A stretch of 62,806 bases of DNA, counting the filler, from Basidiobolus ranarum (Eukaryota), in NCBI GenBank assembly GCA_040143965.1. It is 42 parts of 42 records of this genome, joined end to end, with 100 filler letters (N's around TTAATTAATTAA, not from the genome) between each part and the next. Parts side by side here need not be neighbours in the genome. Positions count along the whole stretch, not along the records: positions 37,524 to 38,920 come from JASJQH010012187.1; positions 39,021 to 40,416 come from JASJQH010012188.1; positions 40,517 to 41,912 come from JASJQH010012189.1; positions 42,013 to 43,408 come from JASJQH010012190.1; positions 43,509 to 44,903 come from JASJQH010012191.1; positions 45,004 to 46,398 come from JASJQH010012192.1; positions 46,499 to 47,892 come from JASJQH010012193.1; positions 47,993 to 49,386 come from JASJQH010012194.1; 34 more parts are not named here. One strand, 5' to 3'. The position numbers and the translations under genes are program-made. This document shows, in pieces, positions 37,524 through 49,565 of the stretch. Below the pieces are notes generated by a model. The model saw only the letters and a list, made by a program, of their open reading frames with translations. It was not told the origin of the DNA and ran no database searches. Each line of letters starts with the position of its first letter. The first letter of the stretch is position 1.

Positions 37524-37865
37524 TAAGAACCGGCAATACCGTTAACAGCAGAGAGTTCACCAACACCGAAAGTAGTGATGATACACTGTTCATTAAAGAA
37601 ACATTATTAGTTATCCGCAAACAAACCCTAAAAATGTTTTAATACTTACACCGACACCCTTGACTCTAGCATAGCCATCGGCAGCATAAGAGGCATTCAA
37701 TTCGTTACAGTCACCAATGAGGTTAATGAGACCGGAATCTTGGACACGATCCAAGAAGACCAAGTTGAAATCACCAGGAACAGAGAACATGTCATCAATA
37801 CCGATTTCCTTCAAACGAAGGATCAAGTATTGACTAACGGTCATAGTTTGAGTATTGGAGGACAT
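37524..37865 (-). CDS. PDC: Pyruvate decarboxylase, 5' part (exon 1 37650-37865, intron 37586-37649, exon 2 runs off contig)
   Basis: TVSQYLILRLKEIG...FSVPGDFNLVFLD...CNELNASYAADGYARVKG; removing a 64-nt GTAAGT...CTAAT...CAG intron gives CIITTFGVGELSAVNGIAGS, the PDC signature. Confidence 0.96.
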
Positions 37866-38545
37866 GTTAGTTTTGAATATTTGATTGTAACTATTGAATA
37901 GAAATAGTATTTAGAAGACCTTTATATACAAACATCAGGTCTATAAATTGGAAATAGTTACCATATGCATAAAATGTAATCAATATTTGACTTAATAAAA
38001 TTATTGATACCATCTCCGAATTTCCCCGTAGTCAATGAAAGTTCGAACAACAGATCTAGAATCATTAAGCCATCATAATTTAGCAATTCTGGAAAGAAAA
38101 TGACCCTATTTAGCTTCAAATTTCATGTGTACAAGGTGTGTCTATATCCAGATATGCTTGATTAATAAAACTCAGGTATATTGGGAACTATAACATAGGA
38201 TAAAATGGCCTTAGATTTTCGGGAACCAAGTACATAATAGTTACTTGACCTTGAACCATCATTCATACGTTCAACATGTAAATTGCATCCTGTATTTGAT
38301 CCTATTACGGCAACCACAAACCTCGAGCATAGATTTGCTTTTTACAGGATAGTAAGCTTTGCCAATTTTGTCATATAGATTGAAACCTAGCCTGGTGTAG
38401 ATTCGAATTCGGTTGGGGTTTTTCCTCAATAGTCGCGAAGAAAGGCAGAAGATTTATACGCCAGTTCCTGTAGTAAAGCGCAGCACAAGCAGCTATATAA
38501 AGGGACTGGAGAGCCTGAACTAAAGTTATCAAAAAGTTTGCAAAT
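37866..38545. promoter_or_regulatory. Probable bidirectional promoter region (680 bp) between PDC and ADH
   Basis: Divergent ATGs; TATATAAAGG on minus at 37919-37928 and on plus at 38494-38503. Confidence 0.7.
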
Positions 38546-38920
38546 ATGTGCCAGATTCCTAAGACCCAGAAAGCTGCTGTAATCGAATCCCACGAGAAAC
38601 CAGTTGAAATTAAGACTATCTCCGTCCCTACTCCTGGGCCTGATGATGTGCTTGTAAAAATTGAATACACTGGTGTTTGTCACACTGATCTTCACGCCGC
38701 TGAAGGTGATTGGCCTATTCCTACCAAACTTCCTTTAGTTGGTGGTCACGAAGGTGCTGGTCGAGTTGTTGCCCTCGGTAGCAACGTCAAGGATCTTAAG
38801 ATTGGTGATGCTGTTGGTGTTGTCTGGCTTCACTCTGCCTGCATGACCTGTGAATACTGCATCCAAGGTCGTGAAACTGTCTGCCCTAACCAACATATGT
38901 CTGGTTACAGTGTTGATGGT
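38546..38920 (+). CDS. ADH: Zn-dependent alcohol dehydrogenase (ADH1-like), 5' part
   Basis: IPKTQKA, GVCHTDLHA, GDWP, KLPLVGGHEGAG and structural-Zn ACMTCEYC...C motifs; open to the contig end. Confidence 0.96.
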
Positions 38921-39020
38921 NNNNNNNNNNNNNNNNNNNNNNNNNNNNNNNNNNNNNNNNNNNNTTAATTAATTAANNNNNNNNNNNNNNNNNNNNNNNN
39001 NNNNNNNNNNNNNNNNNNNN

Positions 39021-40416
39021 ATCCAATCTTAGCAACCAGCTGTTTATTGGTTTTCTTACACTTTTACCACAGTTGATTGGCAACTGTTGCTTTCCACAGA
39101 CCTGATACAAGTGGAAAACACTTGTCAGTCATATGACTTATAATCCTTCAGTAATTATACTGCCTTCATGTCCAAATGGTGTTTGGCTTTCCCCAGTGAT
39201 CTGAAAAACCTGAAGTCATGTACTGTTTGCACACAGTTGGCAATCACTGAATCAGTTAAATACTGCTTATATTTGGCTTGCATACTGTTGATTCCTGGTC
39301 TTAAAGCTTTGATGAAATCACCCAAATATTGATCATTGAACCAATAAAAAAGTACTCATCATAAAGCTGATGGTATTACCAATAAACTTGATGGATATCA
39401 TTACCAGAATCTGAAAAGTCAAGGTTTCTTTAAGAGCACATATGAACATGCATTTGCATTGGCTCTGGATGATTTCTCACTAAACAAATATACCATTGGA
39501 AAGGCTTGCTGGCCAAAAATTATAATCAAGTTAAATCTTCCTCCTTCTGAATGGTATAAGAGGCATAATATTTTGATACTATACATCATATCTGGACCTA
39601 AATCACCAATGCTTATAGATAGCTTCTTGGAACATCTGATTGCAGAATTTGAACGGTTATCTAATGGGGTTGAGATGGGTGAATACTTTATTAAAGCTAA
39701 TATCATTGTATACATTGGTGACACTCCTGCCATCATTAAACTTGGAGGTTTTTCTGGGCACAACACATTATCTTGCTGTAGGTTTTGTCAAATCAACGGA
39801 GTTTACTCTAAAAGGCATATGCATTACTACTATCCAAATACAACTCTAAACTCCATGATTTTACCATCAAGAGCCCAGTCAGATTTCAACATGATCACTG
39901 ATATCAATTCACTAAATAGTCAGTCTAACATCAAACTTAGTATTAGCCATAAGCCTAAGATTATATTGCCAAAGGGGATCAGCTGGAGCCACAGCTTCCC
40001 ATTAGGCACCATGCACTTACTATTTAACAACATTCCAATACTACTTACTCAGCTATATAGTGGGAAATTCAATATTAAAAGGCATTTGCGATAGGATCAA
40101 AGTTTGATTTGATTGTGAAAATGCTTGGAAACATCAAGATACCATCATATCTTACCAGGACTCCCATCAATATCCACTCATATAGGCGTTTATTCAAATG
40201 CAAAGACTGGAAGTATTGTATTTGTATATATTCCAGTGGAATTTTGAAAAGATTTCTGCCTGATAAGTATTGGCACCATTGGGAGTTGTTTATGGATATT
40301 GTTAATTTATTCTTATGGCATCAACTCACATTGGCAGATCTCAGGCAGATACAGCAACTGTGTGAAGATTTTGTAATTGGATATGAAAAACTTTATTACA
40401 GGTTTAAAAAAGATAG
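39021..40416 (+). mobile_element. CACTA/EnSpm (CMC) transposase core, decayed
   Basis: NLPPSEWYKRHNILILYIISGPKSP, GDTPAIIKLGGFSGHN..CCRFC, MHLLFNNI, FKCKDWK...LPDKYWHHW. Confidence 0.9.
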
Positions 40417-40516
40417 NNNNNNNNNNNNNNNNNNNNNNNNNNNNNNNNNNNNNNNNNNNNTTAATTAATTAANNNNNNNNNNNNNNNNNNNNNNNNNNNN
40501 NNNNNNNNNNNNNNNN

Positions 40517-41749
40517 TTAGGCCAATCACTTGTCCCTCACCAATGCAGGATCCTGATTCTCAATTGGGCCCAATGGCTCCTGCATTACAAAACACCAGTA
40601 GTTTTTGCACACCAGTGACAAATCACAGCACTTGATGATGGTATTACCTGCAGTGTGAGAGTAGTGATCAGGATTGCTTGATTCACCATTTTTAGATCAG
40701 CAAATTATTCATTCAATCATGTAAGGTTCTAAGTGGGTGAGAATGTGAACAGATTGAGCCATATCAAGTCAATAAGGCTGCGCAGGCTTTTTATTGACAG
40801 ACATTTTTTATTTAATTGTAGTGAAATTGATTGTATTAATAGGCTATCATTGATTTGTTTGATATATGACAATTTCACACTATCAGTATTTCATAAAGAC
40901 ATAAACAATCATGATCCAACTGAAGTGATTTATGCTATAGACTTGTTCCATTGTACCAGGTCAGATTGTGCCACTCAATCCAGCCTCCTAGTACACCATC
41001 TGGCACAATCTGTTAATTACAATGGCCGGGTCCTATAACACTCAATTGGATACTATAAGGAATAATATGGCACTATCCCACCACAATCAGGCATGATGAT
41101 TTTATTTGAGATATTTTGCCAGCTGGTACCAAGTTACCTGATTTAGTATTGCCAAATTATGATTTTGGGTAACTGACAAAGTAAGTTCATCCCCTAGTTT
41201 GTAACTTACAAATTACTGAATATGTAACAATAAACAATTTATACTGTAACTTATGCAATCAAATGTATATCTGAGACATTTGCATGTTTTCAGGCCAATG
41301 ATTTGCCCCTCACTAACAGAGTATCCTGATTTTCAATTGGGCACAACAGCTCCTGCATTATGAAACACCAGTAGCTTTGGCACACCAATGACAAATCACA
41401 GCACTCAATCATGGATCAATCCGCAGTATGATAGTAGTGATCAGGATTACTTAATTCATCATTTTTAGATCAGCAAATTATTCATTCAATCATGTAATAT
41501 TCTAATTGGGTGAAGTGTAAACAGATTAAGCCATATCAAGCCAATACAGCTGTGCAAGCTTTTTATTGACCGACATATTTTTAATTTGATTGTAGTGAAA
41601 TTGCTTCTATTAATAGGCTATCCTTGATTTCATTGATATATGACTATTTCACACTATCAGTGTTTCATAAATACATAAGTGATCATGATCTAACTAAAGC
41701 AATTTATGCTATATTTAACTGCAATCCATATCAATTTTGCATGATGCAC
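40517..41749 (+). mobile_element. Unclassified TAGACTTG-terminated repeat, partial direct duplication
   Basis: 40517-40937 is repeated at about 41290-41711; terminus at 40938; reverse copy at 43509-44311. Right boundary approximate. Confidence 0.75.
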
Positions 41750-42725
41750 TAAACAGTAAAGATATGAGAATGTAAGTATTAAGAAGAGTATTCAGCAGTT
41801 GCATAGGTTTGAATCAGTACATGCTAATTTGCTTCTGTTACTTTGGTTGTCTCCTTGATATTTCCATGGAAGGAACTTTGCTTGAACCTCTGTGCTGAGT
41901 TGGTTGGTTTGANNNNNNNNNNNNNNNNNNNNNNNNNNNNNNNNNNNNNNNNNNNNTTAATTAATTAANNNNNNNNNNNNNNNNNNNNNNNNNNNNNNNN
42001 NNNNNNNNNNNNTTCTAATATACATCCCTACTTCCATCTGATGCCAGTTGTTGCAGTTGTATTTCTTGTTTGTGACCCTTACCTGTAATATAATAAGTAT
42101 ATGTATTTCTATTTTTGGATATGGCTAGGTTTGGGACAACAGGCAGTCTCATATTAAACTTTATTGCTAATACTTGCCTATTAGTATATCACTCAAATCT
42201 TCCTTTGATTAAATGGTAACTTAATGAAGCATTATTTAAAGGCATGGTTCCAAATTTTTAAGAGTTCCTAGAGACATATGTGCAAGGTTTGGAGCTTCTA
42301 GCACAGGTTTGAAAAATCTATATATCTGAGAACTTCTCAGTAAATTCCAATTGAGAATAATGGGTGATATCTTATTGAAATATAGGGCAACTAAATGCTA
42401 AGCTATATATGACATTTAGGTGCTTAAACAATGCTAATTTCAGCTATAAGTACCTTCTTATAGTGTAGGACATTCTTGAAGCATTATATCAAAAGCCTAA
42501 CACTTTTTGAAATTATAACTTGTAATAGTATATTATATTTTTGTATAATCCTGAATAATGTAGTAATAAGATATGCTGATCCTTACAGTATATATGAAGC
42601 CATATGTTCCAGTCAAGTGTTATTTATAATTATGTTCTTTGATCAAACTCAGTTAATGAAGCTCTACTACCCTGTTCTTGTAAGGCCAAAGATCATGATA
42701 TTAGATATATTTTTAGCATATTTAT

Positions 42726-43073
42726 TACTAAAATTAGCATAGCCCAAGCACCTATATAGTCATATATAGCTTAGTATTTAGTTATTGTATATTCCATTAT
42801 GATATTACCCATCATTCTCTATTGGAATTTACTTAGAACATTTCTACCAACTTAGAAGTTCTAGATATGTAGATTTTTTGAACTTGTGCTAGAAGCCCCA
42901 AACTTGGCACATATGTTCCTGGGACCTTTCTTAACACATTGAACATGCTAGTTTGATTAAATCTTGACAAAATATAAATGCCAACTTTCAACTCAATAAA
43001 TCAGTAAGTGAAAAAAAACCAATTTCTCTAATTCTTGAAACCACCTCCAACAGGCTCCCAAAATCCTTTAACA
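42726..43073 (+). mobile_element. Solo LTR, family B, with 5-bp target-site duplication TTTAT
   Basis: Degenerate start TACTAAAATTAGCAT, end CTTTAACA, TTTAT on both flanks; an inverted partial B copy lies at about 42235-42445. Confidence 0.85.
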
Positions 43074-43508
43074 TTTATGTGTATGATGTAGGTATTGTAT
43101 TAATAGAATCTTAGTATATGATTACTAAAATTTTATATGATACAAGTATTTTATTAATAGATTTTAAGCAGAAACTATAGATTGTATATTATGCAATTTA
43201 AAAACCATATTTACAAATTCTACAACTTAACCAATCAGGGTCAACTCTCTAACTATAGTAATAATTTTGAAATCACATTGGTAAAAAAGGTGCTATCAAT
43301 ATACCCATATCATCCATATAAAAAATCATAATCTCAGCATTGGCATAGTGTTCATTGTTATTGATTATTGGTAGTTTCAGTTATGACTCATCTAGATGTG
43401 ATGACTAANNNNNNNNNNNNNNNNNNNNNNNNNNNNNNNNNNNNNNNNNNNNTTAATTAATTAANNNNNNNNNNNNNNNNNNNNNNNNNNNNNNNNNNNN
43501 NNNNNNNN

Positions 43509-44311
43509 CATGCAAAATCAATATGGGTCACAGTTAAATATAGCATAAATTGCTTTAGTTAGATCACAATCACCTATGTGTTTATGAAACACTGATAGCA
43601 TGAAATCATCTTATATCAAAAAAATCAATGACAGCCTATTAATACAAGCAATTTCACTGCAATCAAATGAAAAATGTCTGTCAATAAAAAGCTTGCACAG
43701 CCGTATGGGCTTGATGTGGCTCAATCTGTTCACATTTTCACCCAATTAGTAGCTTACATGATTGAATGAAGAATATGCTGATCTAAAAATGATGAATCAT
43801 GCAATCCTGATCACTACTATCATACTGCAGATTGATCCATCATGGAGTGCAGTGATTTGTCACCGGTGTGCCAAAACTACTAGTGTTTTGTAATGCAGGA
43901 GCTGTTGTGCCCAATTGAAAAACAGGATACTGTGTTAGTGAGAGACAATTGATTGGCCTAAAAACATGTGAATGTCTTGGTTAACATTTGATTGGGTAAG
44001 TTACAGTATAAATTGTTCATTGTTACACATTCAGTAATTTGTAAGATACAAACCAGGGGATGAACTTACTTTGTCAGTTACCTAAAATTGTAATTTGGCC
44101 ATACTAAATCAGGTAACTTGGTATGGGCTGGCACAATATTTCTAATAAAATCATTTTGTTCAATTGTGTGGGATAGTGCCATATTGTTCCTTATAGTGTC
44201 TGATCAAGTGTTATAGGACCCAGCCATGGTAATTGACATATCATGCCAGATGGTGTACTAGCAGGCTGGATCAAGCAGCACAATCTGACCTGGTCCAATG
44301 GAACAAGTCTA
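43509..44311 (-). mobile_element. Unclassified TAGACTTG-terminated repeat inserted in a family A LTR
   Basis: Reverse complement of about 40938-41742; a family A LTR remnant follows at 44312-44350. Confidence 0.78.
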
Positions 44312-44350
44312 TAGAGATAACAAATATGAGAAAGATAATAAACTTCAACA

Positions 44351-44903
44351 TTTTGGCCCAAAGAATAGGAGCCACCAACTGTGTTAATATTCAATATGGA
44401 AAATCTCAAATTTCACACCACATGGAAGTCATGAATATCCCTGATGGACCATTAGCTGTTATTGGTCTTGATATATTCACTCAACTTGGATTCAGTATAG
44501 GAGGACTACCAGTCTGTTATCCTGGATTCAGCAAATCTTTACCACCTGCTTCTGATCACAAACCCAAAGTAATCTCAGAAATTCCTGAACAAGTAGTATT
44601 ATCACCTGTATTCCCTGAATATGCCAACTCTATCAAAGTAGCCATTCAACCTGCTATTGAGAGAAACCAGAAAATCCCAAAAAACAGTTTCTGTACTGTA
44701 CTAGAGTCATTTGTAACCTTGGAATCACCACTGGGAGAGACAAAGTGCAGAAGACAATATGCAATTGCACATATGCTACAACCATTGCGTGATGAAGGTG
44801 TACTGAAATGTCTGATTATAGCATAATCACTCAAGCAGCTGTCAACACTATCTTCAACCCTTTGACTTTAGCACCACAGAAGGATTCACAAGGAAATCTT
44901 ATC
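44351..44903 (+). mobile_element. Ty3/gypsy protease end and RT start
   Basis: AVIGLDIFTQLGFSIGGLP...SFCTVLESFVTL...RRQYAIAH; CpG-depleted. Confidence 0.7.
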
Positions 44904-45003
44904 NNNNNNNNNNNNNNNNNNNNNNNNNNNNNNNNNNNNNNNNNNNNTTAATTAATTAANNNNNNNNNNNNNNNNNNNNNNNNNNNNNNNNNNNNNNNNN
45001 NNN

Positions 45004-45070
45004 TCACCATACTCCATATTTTCCTCTTTGGGAATTACTGCTGGTACCACTAGTCACCAGACTCTCAACA
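45004..45070 (+). mobile_element. End of the tRNA-cassette LTR-like family (third copy)
   Basis: TCACCATACTCCATATTTTCCTCTTTGGGAATT...TCAACA matches 54986-55052. Confidence 0.85.
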
Positions 45071-45604
45071 TGTCTTATCCTCAAAATACCTGGCAGAATG
45101 CAAGCCACCAATATTGGGACAGTTCTCTGACAGTTTTACAATCCAGAAGGGTGGATCCAATGCAGATCAAATTAATTTATTTTTGTTAGGGGGGAAGGTT
45201 TTACTTTGGTAGCAACTGTTTTGTACTTGGTCCTAACAATGGCTTCTTGTATGTTAAGTTCTAAAGCAGCTTACCAAGCCAAGTTTGAGTTGGCTGTATT
45301 ATGTATTTGCAGTGAGTTTCTTCTTTGATGGTGATTCTGCAATCAGTTTGAATTCTATGGTCAGTAGCAGGTGCTCCACAAAAGTTGGCAAGTAATCCAG
45401 GTTGCTTCCATAAGTGGTGAAACAAACAGATCCATTGGAGTAATTCATAATCAATGTTCTCACTTTCATCTCCCAAGGCCTTGCAAGTAGTAGGTTAACT
45501 TTTACCTTCCAACAGATGGAATCAGGAATGATGTGCTCTGCTCCTTGTATCTTGATGGGTAACACATGTATGTTGGTATACATTGGGAGCAAGTATTTCA
45601 ATGG

Positions 45605-46233
45605 TATTCAGTGTCACATTACAAGGATGTATAAAAATATTAAAAGTGCTTGAGGAGTATTTTCAAAAGTATGGAGGGAAAGAGCAATGCAAGTATGCAG
45701 AAAGTAGCTTCCAAAGAAAAACATTCTACTTGATATTCAGTCTGGTGTTGACCATGCAGATATCTGAGAAGAACTTAACACAGAGTGGCATAATATCACA
45801 GGGTATCCACAAGATAGCCAGAAGAATGTTGATTCAGCAATGCTAATACAATGGTGGGCTTTGATGGATATAGTTATTTGAGCTTTTACTAGTTATGAGC
45901 AAAACCCTTAGTATCAAGAACTCTATGAAGGTATTCAGGAGAATACATCATTGACATTTGGGATTTCAAAGGTGACAAATTAGTGTTCAAGTGGTAGATG
46001 TGTAAAATTTGAGTTATGTTTTTTGCACTTGTGTTGATCCATAGTTTTCTGATATTGTAGCCAATCATATGCACCCATTTTGCAAGATCATGAAATTTCA
46101 CTCCTGAAACTGAAAAGATTTATTAAAGTCAAATCTAACTTGACAATTTACAATGGTAAGTAGACAGCCAATCCAAAATAAATCAAAATTGTGATGGTTT
46201 TTTTATGGTTACACTCCTCAAATTTCTGTTAGG
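45605..46233 (+). mobile_element. CMC accessory ORF 3' part and element end; gypsy pol fragment (minus) to the left at 45192-45604
   Basis: KVLEEYFQKY shared with 3917-4342; ends AAATTTCTGTTAGG. Confidence 0.75.
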
Positions 46234-46498
46234 ATCCATATGATCTTGCTGCTTTCCTTAATTGCTTCTCTGTCAGATCAATGCCAGCAATCAATAAAGA
46301 TTCATGCCAAAGTATCTTTCCTGTCCAGTCTTGTCATGTCTAGCCTTGTAATCTCCACCCAAGAACCCTCCTTCTTTCTAGCCTCTTATCTCTGCTTCNN
46401 NNNNNNNNNNNNNNNNNNNNNNNNNNNNNNNNNNNNNNNNNNTTAATTAATTAANNNNNNNNNNNNNNNNNNNNNNNNNNNNNNNNNNNNNNNNNNNN

Positions 46499-47892
46499 TG
46501 TGCATTGTTCCGGAAGATTGTAGTATTTTCCAGAAAATAATAAGGCTATTGTGGGTTAATACTGATAAATCTGAAATAATAGGGGATAATACTGATGGTG
46601 TGATATGATTAGCTAGAAAATATGGCTAGGTCAAATATGGATAATAAAATAGAAATTGTCCAATAGTAATGATATGAGCTTGGAGTGGATATAAGTCAAC
46701 CTGCCAGTGGGTAGCAATGCTGCCCACTATATCCACCCCCCTCTGAATTTTGAACTCAAGTGAAAAACCAAACTCAGCAGGTTGAGTTGTTTCCTCTAGT
46801 CTTGAATAACTATAGTTTGATCCCTACAACTGGTAGTCTGAGTTTGGTTCCATCTAGTTCTGCAATGTAATAGCTTCCATTACCTACAACTTTAACAATT
46901 TTGCATGGGCCTCTCCATTGTTTGTCAAGAGTGGAATTATATTCAAGGACAAGGTCATCAACTTTTAGTGGCTTATGTTGGAGGGGATGGGTTTTGTCAA
47001 AGTAGACCTTGTTGGCATTTCTGGCTTTCTTCAGTTCTTCAGCAGCTTTCTCTATATCAACATGATGTTTGTCAATTTGGGCTATCCTGTCAATGGGAAG
47101 CTCTTTGGTTTCAATTGGAAGGATGCATTCTTGTCCGTAAATCAGTCTGTAGGGTGACATTCCAGTTGTTCTCTTTGTGGTGATCCTGTCAGCTCATAGT
47201 GCTAAATGTAGATTTTGTGGCCAATGTTGTGATTTGCTATGGCAGGACTTGACCATTGAGTAGACTAAAGGTCCATGCCCTCTCTCTATCATCCCATTTG
47301 CCTGTGGATGATGAGCTGTGGTGTGTGCAATATGTATGCTATACTTCAAGCAGAGGTCCTGGATCAGCTCTGACATCATCTCTCCTCAATCAGCAGTGAA
47401 TTGTCCTATAGTTCCATATTGGCAAATAATGTCTTCAAAGATGAACTTTCAAATTGTTTCTGCTTTGTTGTTATGTAGAGCTCTGGCTTCCACTCAACTA
47501 CTAAGGTCATCTCTGGCAACAACAAGATATTTTTTGTTGCCAGCTGTAGGCATATGTACAAGATCAATTCTCACCTTCTGCCATAGTGTTGGACATAGGT
47601 GGGATAGAGTGGTTCCTCATATCTGTTGGTTGATCTCCTTAGGCATGCATCACATGTCTCCACATATGCTTTGATATCCTGATGTTGATTGGTCCAATAG
47701 TATCTTAGTGTTGAGTTCTTGAAAGTAGCCTCTCTGCCATGGTGTCCTCCTGGCTCTCCTTCATGGATCTCTTTAATGATCCTCTGCTTTTCTTTAGAAT
47801 CAAAGATGACTCTTCTTGGTACTTGTCCTGCCTTAACCCACTTGAAAAGTAGTCCATCCCTTACAAGAAAGTGATGGGCTTTCCTCCTGAGA
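46499..47892 (-). mobile_element. Ty3/gypsy integrase, PPT and 3' LTR start
   Basis: GGHHGREAT, HTTAHHPQANGMIERGH, SPYRLIYGQ, WRGPCKIVKV...SYYIAELDG; PPT AGAGGGGGGTGGA near 46731-46744. Confidence 0.92.
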
Positions 47893-48133
47893 NNNNNNNN
47901 NNNNNNNNNNNNNNNNNNNNNNNNNNNNNNNNNNNNTTAATTAATTAANNNNNNNNNNNNNNNNNNNNNNNNNNNNNNNNNNNNNNNNNNNNATATATAT
48001 ATAATATATGTTCCGATTTTCAGCTAAGTGATATTTGACTAAGTAATGTTAACTAACTTATATGTGATATATGAAATAGTTAGATGTATAAAGATAGAGA
48101 TAATAAATATGATAAAGACAATAAATTACAACA

Positions 48134-49025
48134 GGGAAGAGTTCACTTCTACTTGCATATTGTTGATCTTAAATCCAGGATTCTTTCTTGGACAGGTTCT
48201 TGCTGCATGTCCAAGAGCTCCACAATAGAGGCATAGATTCTCTTGTTGGCATCAATATTTCTCCTCAGGGCTAAGCTTTCTGAAGCAGGTTCCATCAATT
48301 TGCATTGGGTCATCAGCTTGAGCAGTATTTTGTGTTTGAAGGAAGGGAGGTCTGAAAGTAGATGATGAAGGAGAGAAGAAAGGTGCCATATTTCTTTGTT
48401 GTTGTCTTTCAAACAACCAGTTGTTGCATTTAACTGCCTGATGGATAGCATCAGTCAAGGTCACTGTGTCAGCCATTGTGAGCAAAAGATCTTTAATATT
48501 TTCTTGGAGTCCATATTGGCATTGGTTGGTTAGGGCATATTTTCCCCAATTGAGATCACAAGCAAGAAGGCAGAATTCTGCAGCATAAGTTGATGCAGGG
48601 TTTGACCCTTGTATAAGTGCATGAAGCTTGGTGGCTGCAGTTTTTTCCTTGTCTGCATTTCCAAAGGTAGCTTCAAGCTCAGCAAGAAAGGCAAGGAAGT
48701 TTGAAAGAAGTGGAGATTGACTTTTGATCAAAGGAGCAACCCAAGATAGAGCTGTTCCTGATAATAGTGTTCCCACTAGGCCTACTTTTGTTTAGTCAGA
48801 GGGGTAGCAATGGGGATGTAATTGGATGATGAGTTTTACTTTGTTGATAAAACCATGATAGTTTTGGCAAGTGCCATCTAACTTATTTGGTAAGGGGATG
48901 TTGGGTTCAGGAGTTGGATTTGCAGGATAATTGGGTGGAGCTGGATTCTGGACTTGGGCAAGAGAAGCATGAAGTTCTTGATTTTGTTGCTGAAGCTGAG
49001 TAAGATCTCACAAAAGATCTTCCAT
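48134..49025 (-). mobile_element. Ty3/gypsy gag (retrotransposon gag domain plus CCHC)
   Basis: LSGTALSWVAP...TYAAEF...DPMQIDG and LCLYCGALGHAARTC; second copy with protease LLDSGA at 55456-56106. Confidence 0.9.
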
Positions 49026-49386
49026 TGTGGGGGCTGGTGTAGACATAATTCTTACTATAATGGAAGGGGGAAGTTTCAAAAACCGCAGGTTTCTCTAGGA
49101 ATGATAATCACAATGCAATGTCCAACTTTCTGTTGAAGAAATGATTGGTGCCTTGACCAAATAAAATGTTGGTAGCAATGTCCTTTGATCCTGATCAAGT
49201 ACTAAAGCTTCTTTGATCAAAAACAACTGTAAACTCAACCAGTAGTGTCTTGACAAGCATGCACTTAGAGCAATTATCCAAAGGTGGAAAGTAGCTTTGC
49301 CTTAGCAGGGAAGCTTGGGAAAGATGGGAAAGAAGAGGGAAGCCAACTTTGGGGGTTTCAAGGTTGGAGAACAGCAAAAGAGAGAA
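49026..49386. mobile_element. LTR-like repeat beginning TGTGGGG(G)CTGGTGTAGAC
   Basis: Same start at 23770-23937 in an unrelated flank. Confidence 0.7.
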
Positions 49387-49492
49387 NNNNNNNNNNNNNN
49401 NNNNNNNNNNNNNNNNNNNNNNNNNNNNNNTTAATTAATTAANNNNNNNNNNNNNNNNNNNNNNNNNNNNNNNNNNNNNNNNNNNNATACAA

Positions 49493-49565
49493 GGACTGGT
49501 AGGTCAGTGGTTAGAGCACCGTGCTAGAGTGAGGGTGGTCCCACGTTCAAATCCTGGCCAGACCA
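49493..49565 (+). pseudogene. tRNA-like sequence (73 nt) inside an LTR-like end (49487-49591)
   Basis: GGACTGG TA GGTC AGTGGTTA GAGC A CCGTG CTAGAGT GAGGG TGGTC CCACG TTCAAAT CCTGG CCAGACC A; cloverleaf spacing, A/B-box-like motifs, mismatched anticodon stem; repeat ends TTTCAACA at 49591. Confidence 0.75.

Noticed and set aside
37611-37649. PDC truncated at 84 aa (pseudogene)
   Set aside because: The stop lies within a canonical 64-nt intron; splicing restores the conserved TTFGVGELSA motif.
38371-38695. Antisense ORFs over ADH, and similar ones over myosin, the flavodoxin-like gene and chitin synthase
   Set aside because: Shadow ORFs opposite well-supported genes, with no recognisable motifs.
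44233-44826. 197-aa novel protein
   Set aside because: Chance read-through across the TAGACTTG repeat, an LTR remnant and gypsy pol.
49493-49565. Functional tRNA-Ser(AGA) gene
   Set aside because: Anticodon stem mismatched in both copies, A-A mismatch in the acceptor stem, no long variable arm, and it sits in a dispersed repeat; kept only as tRNA-like.
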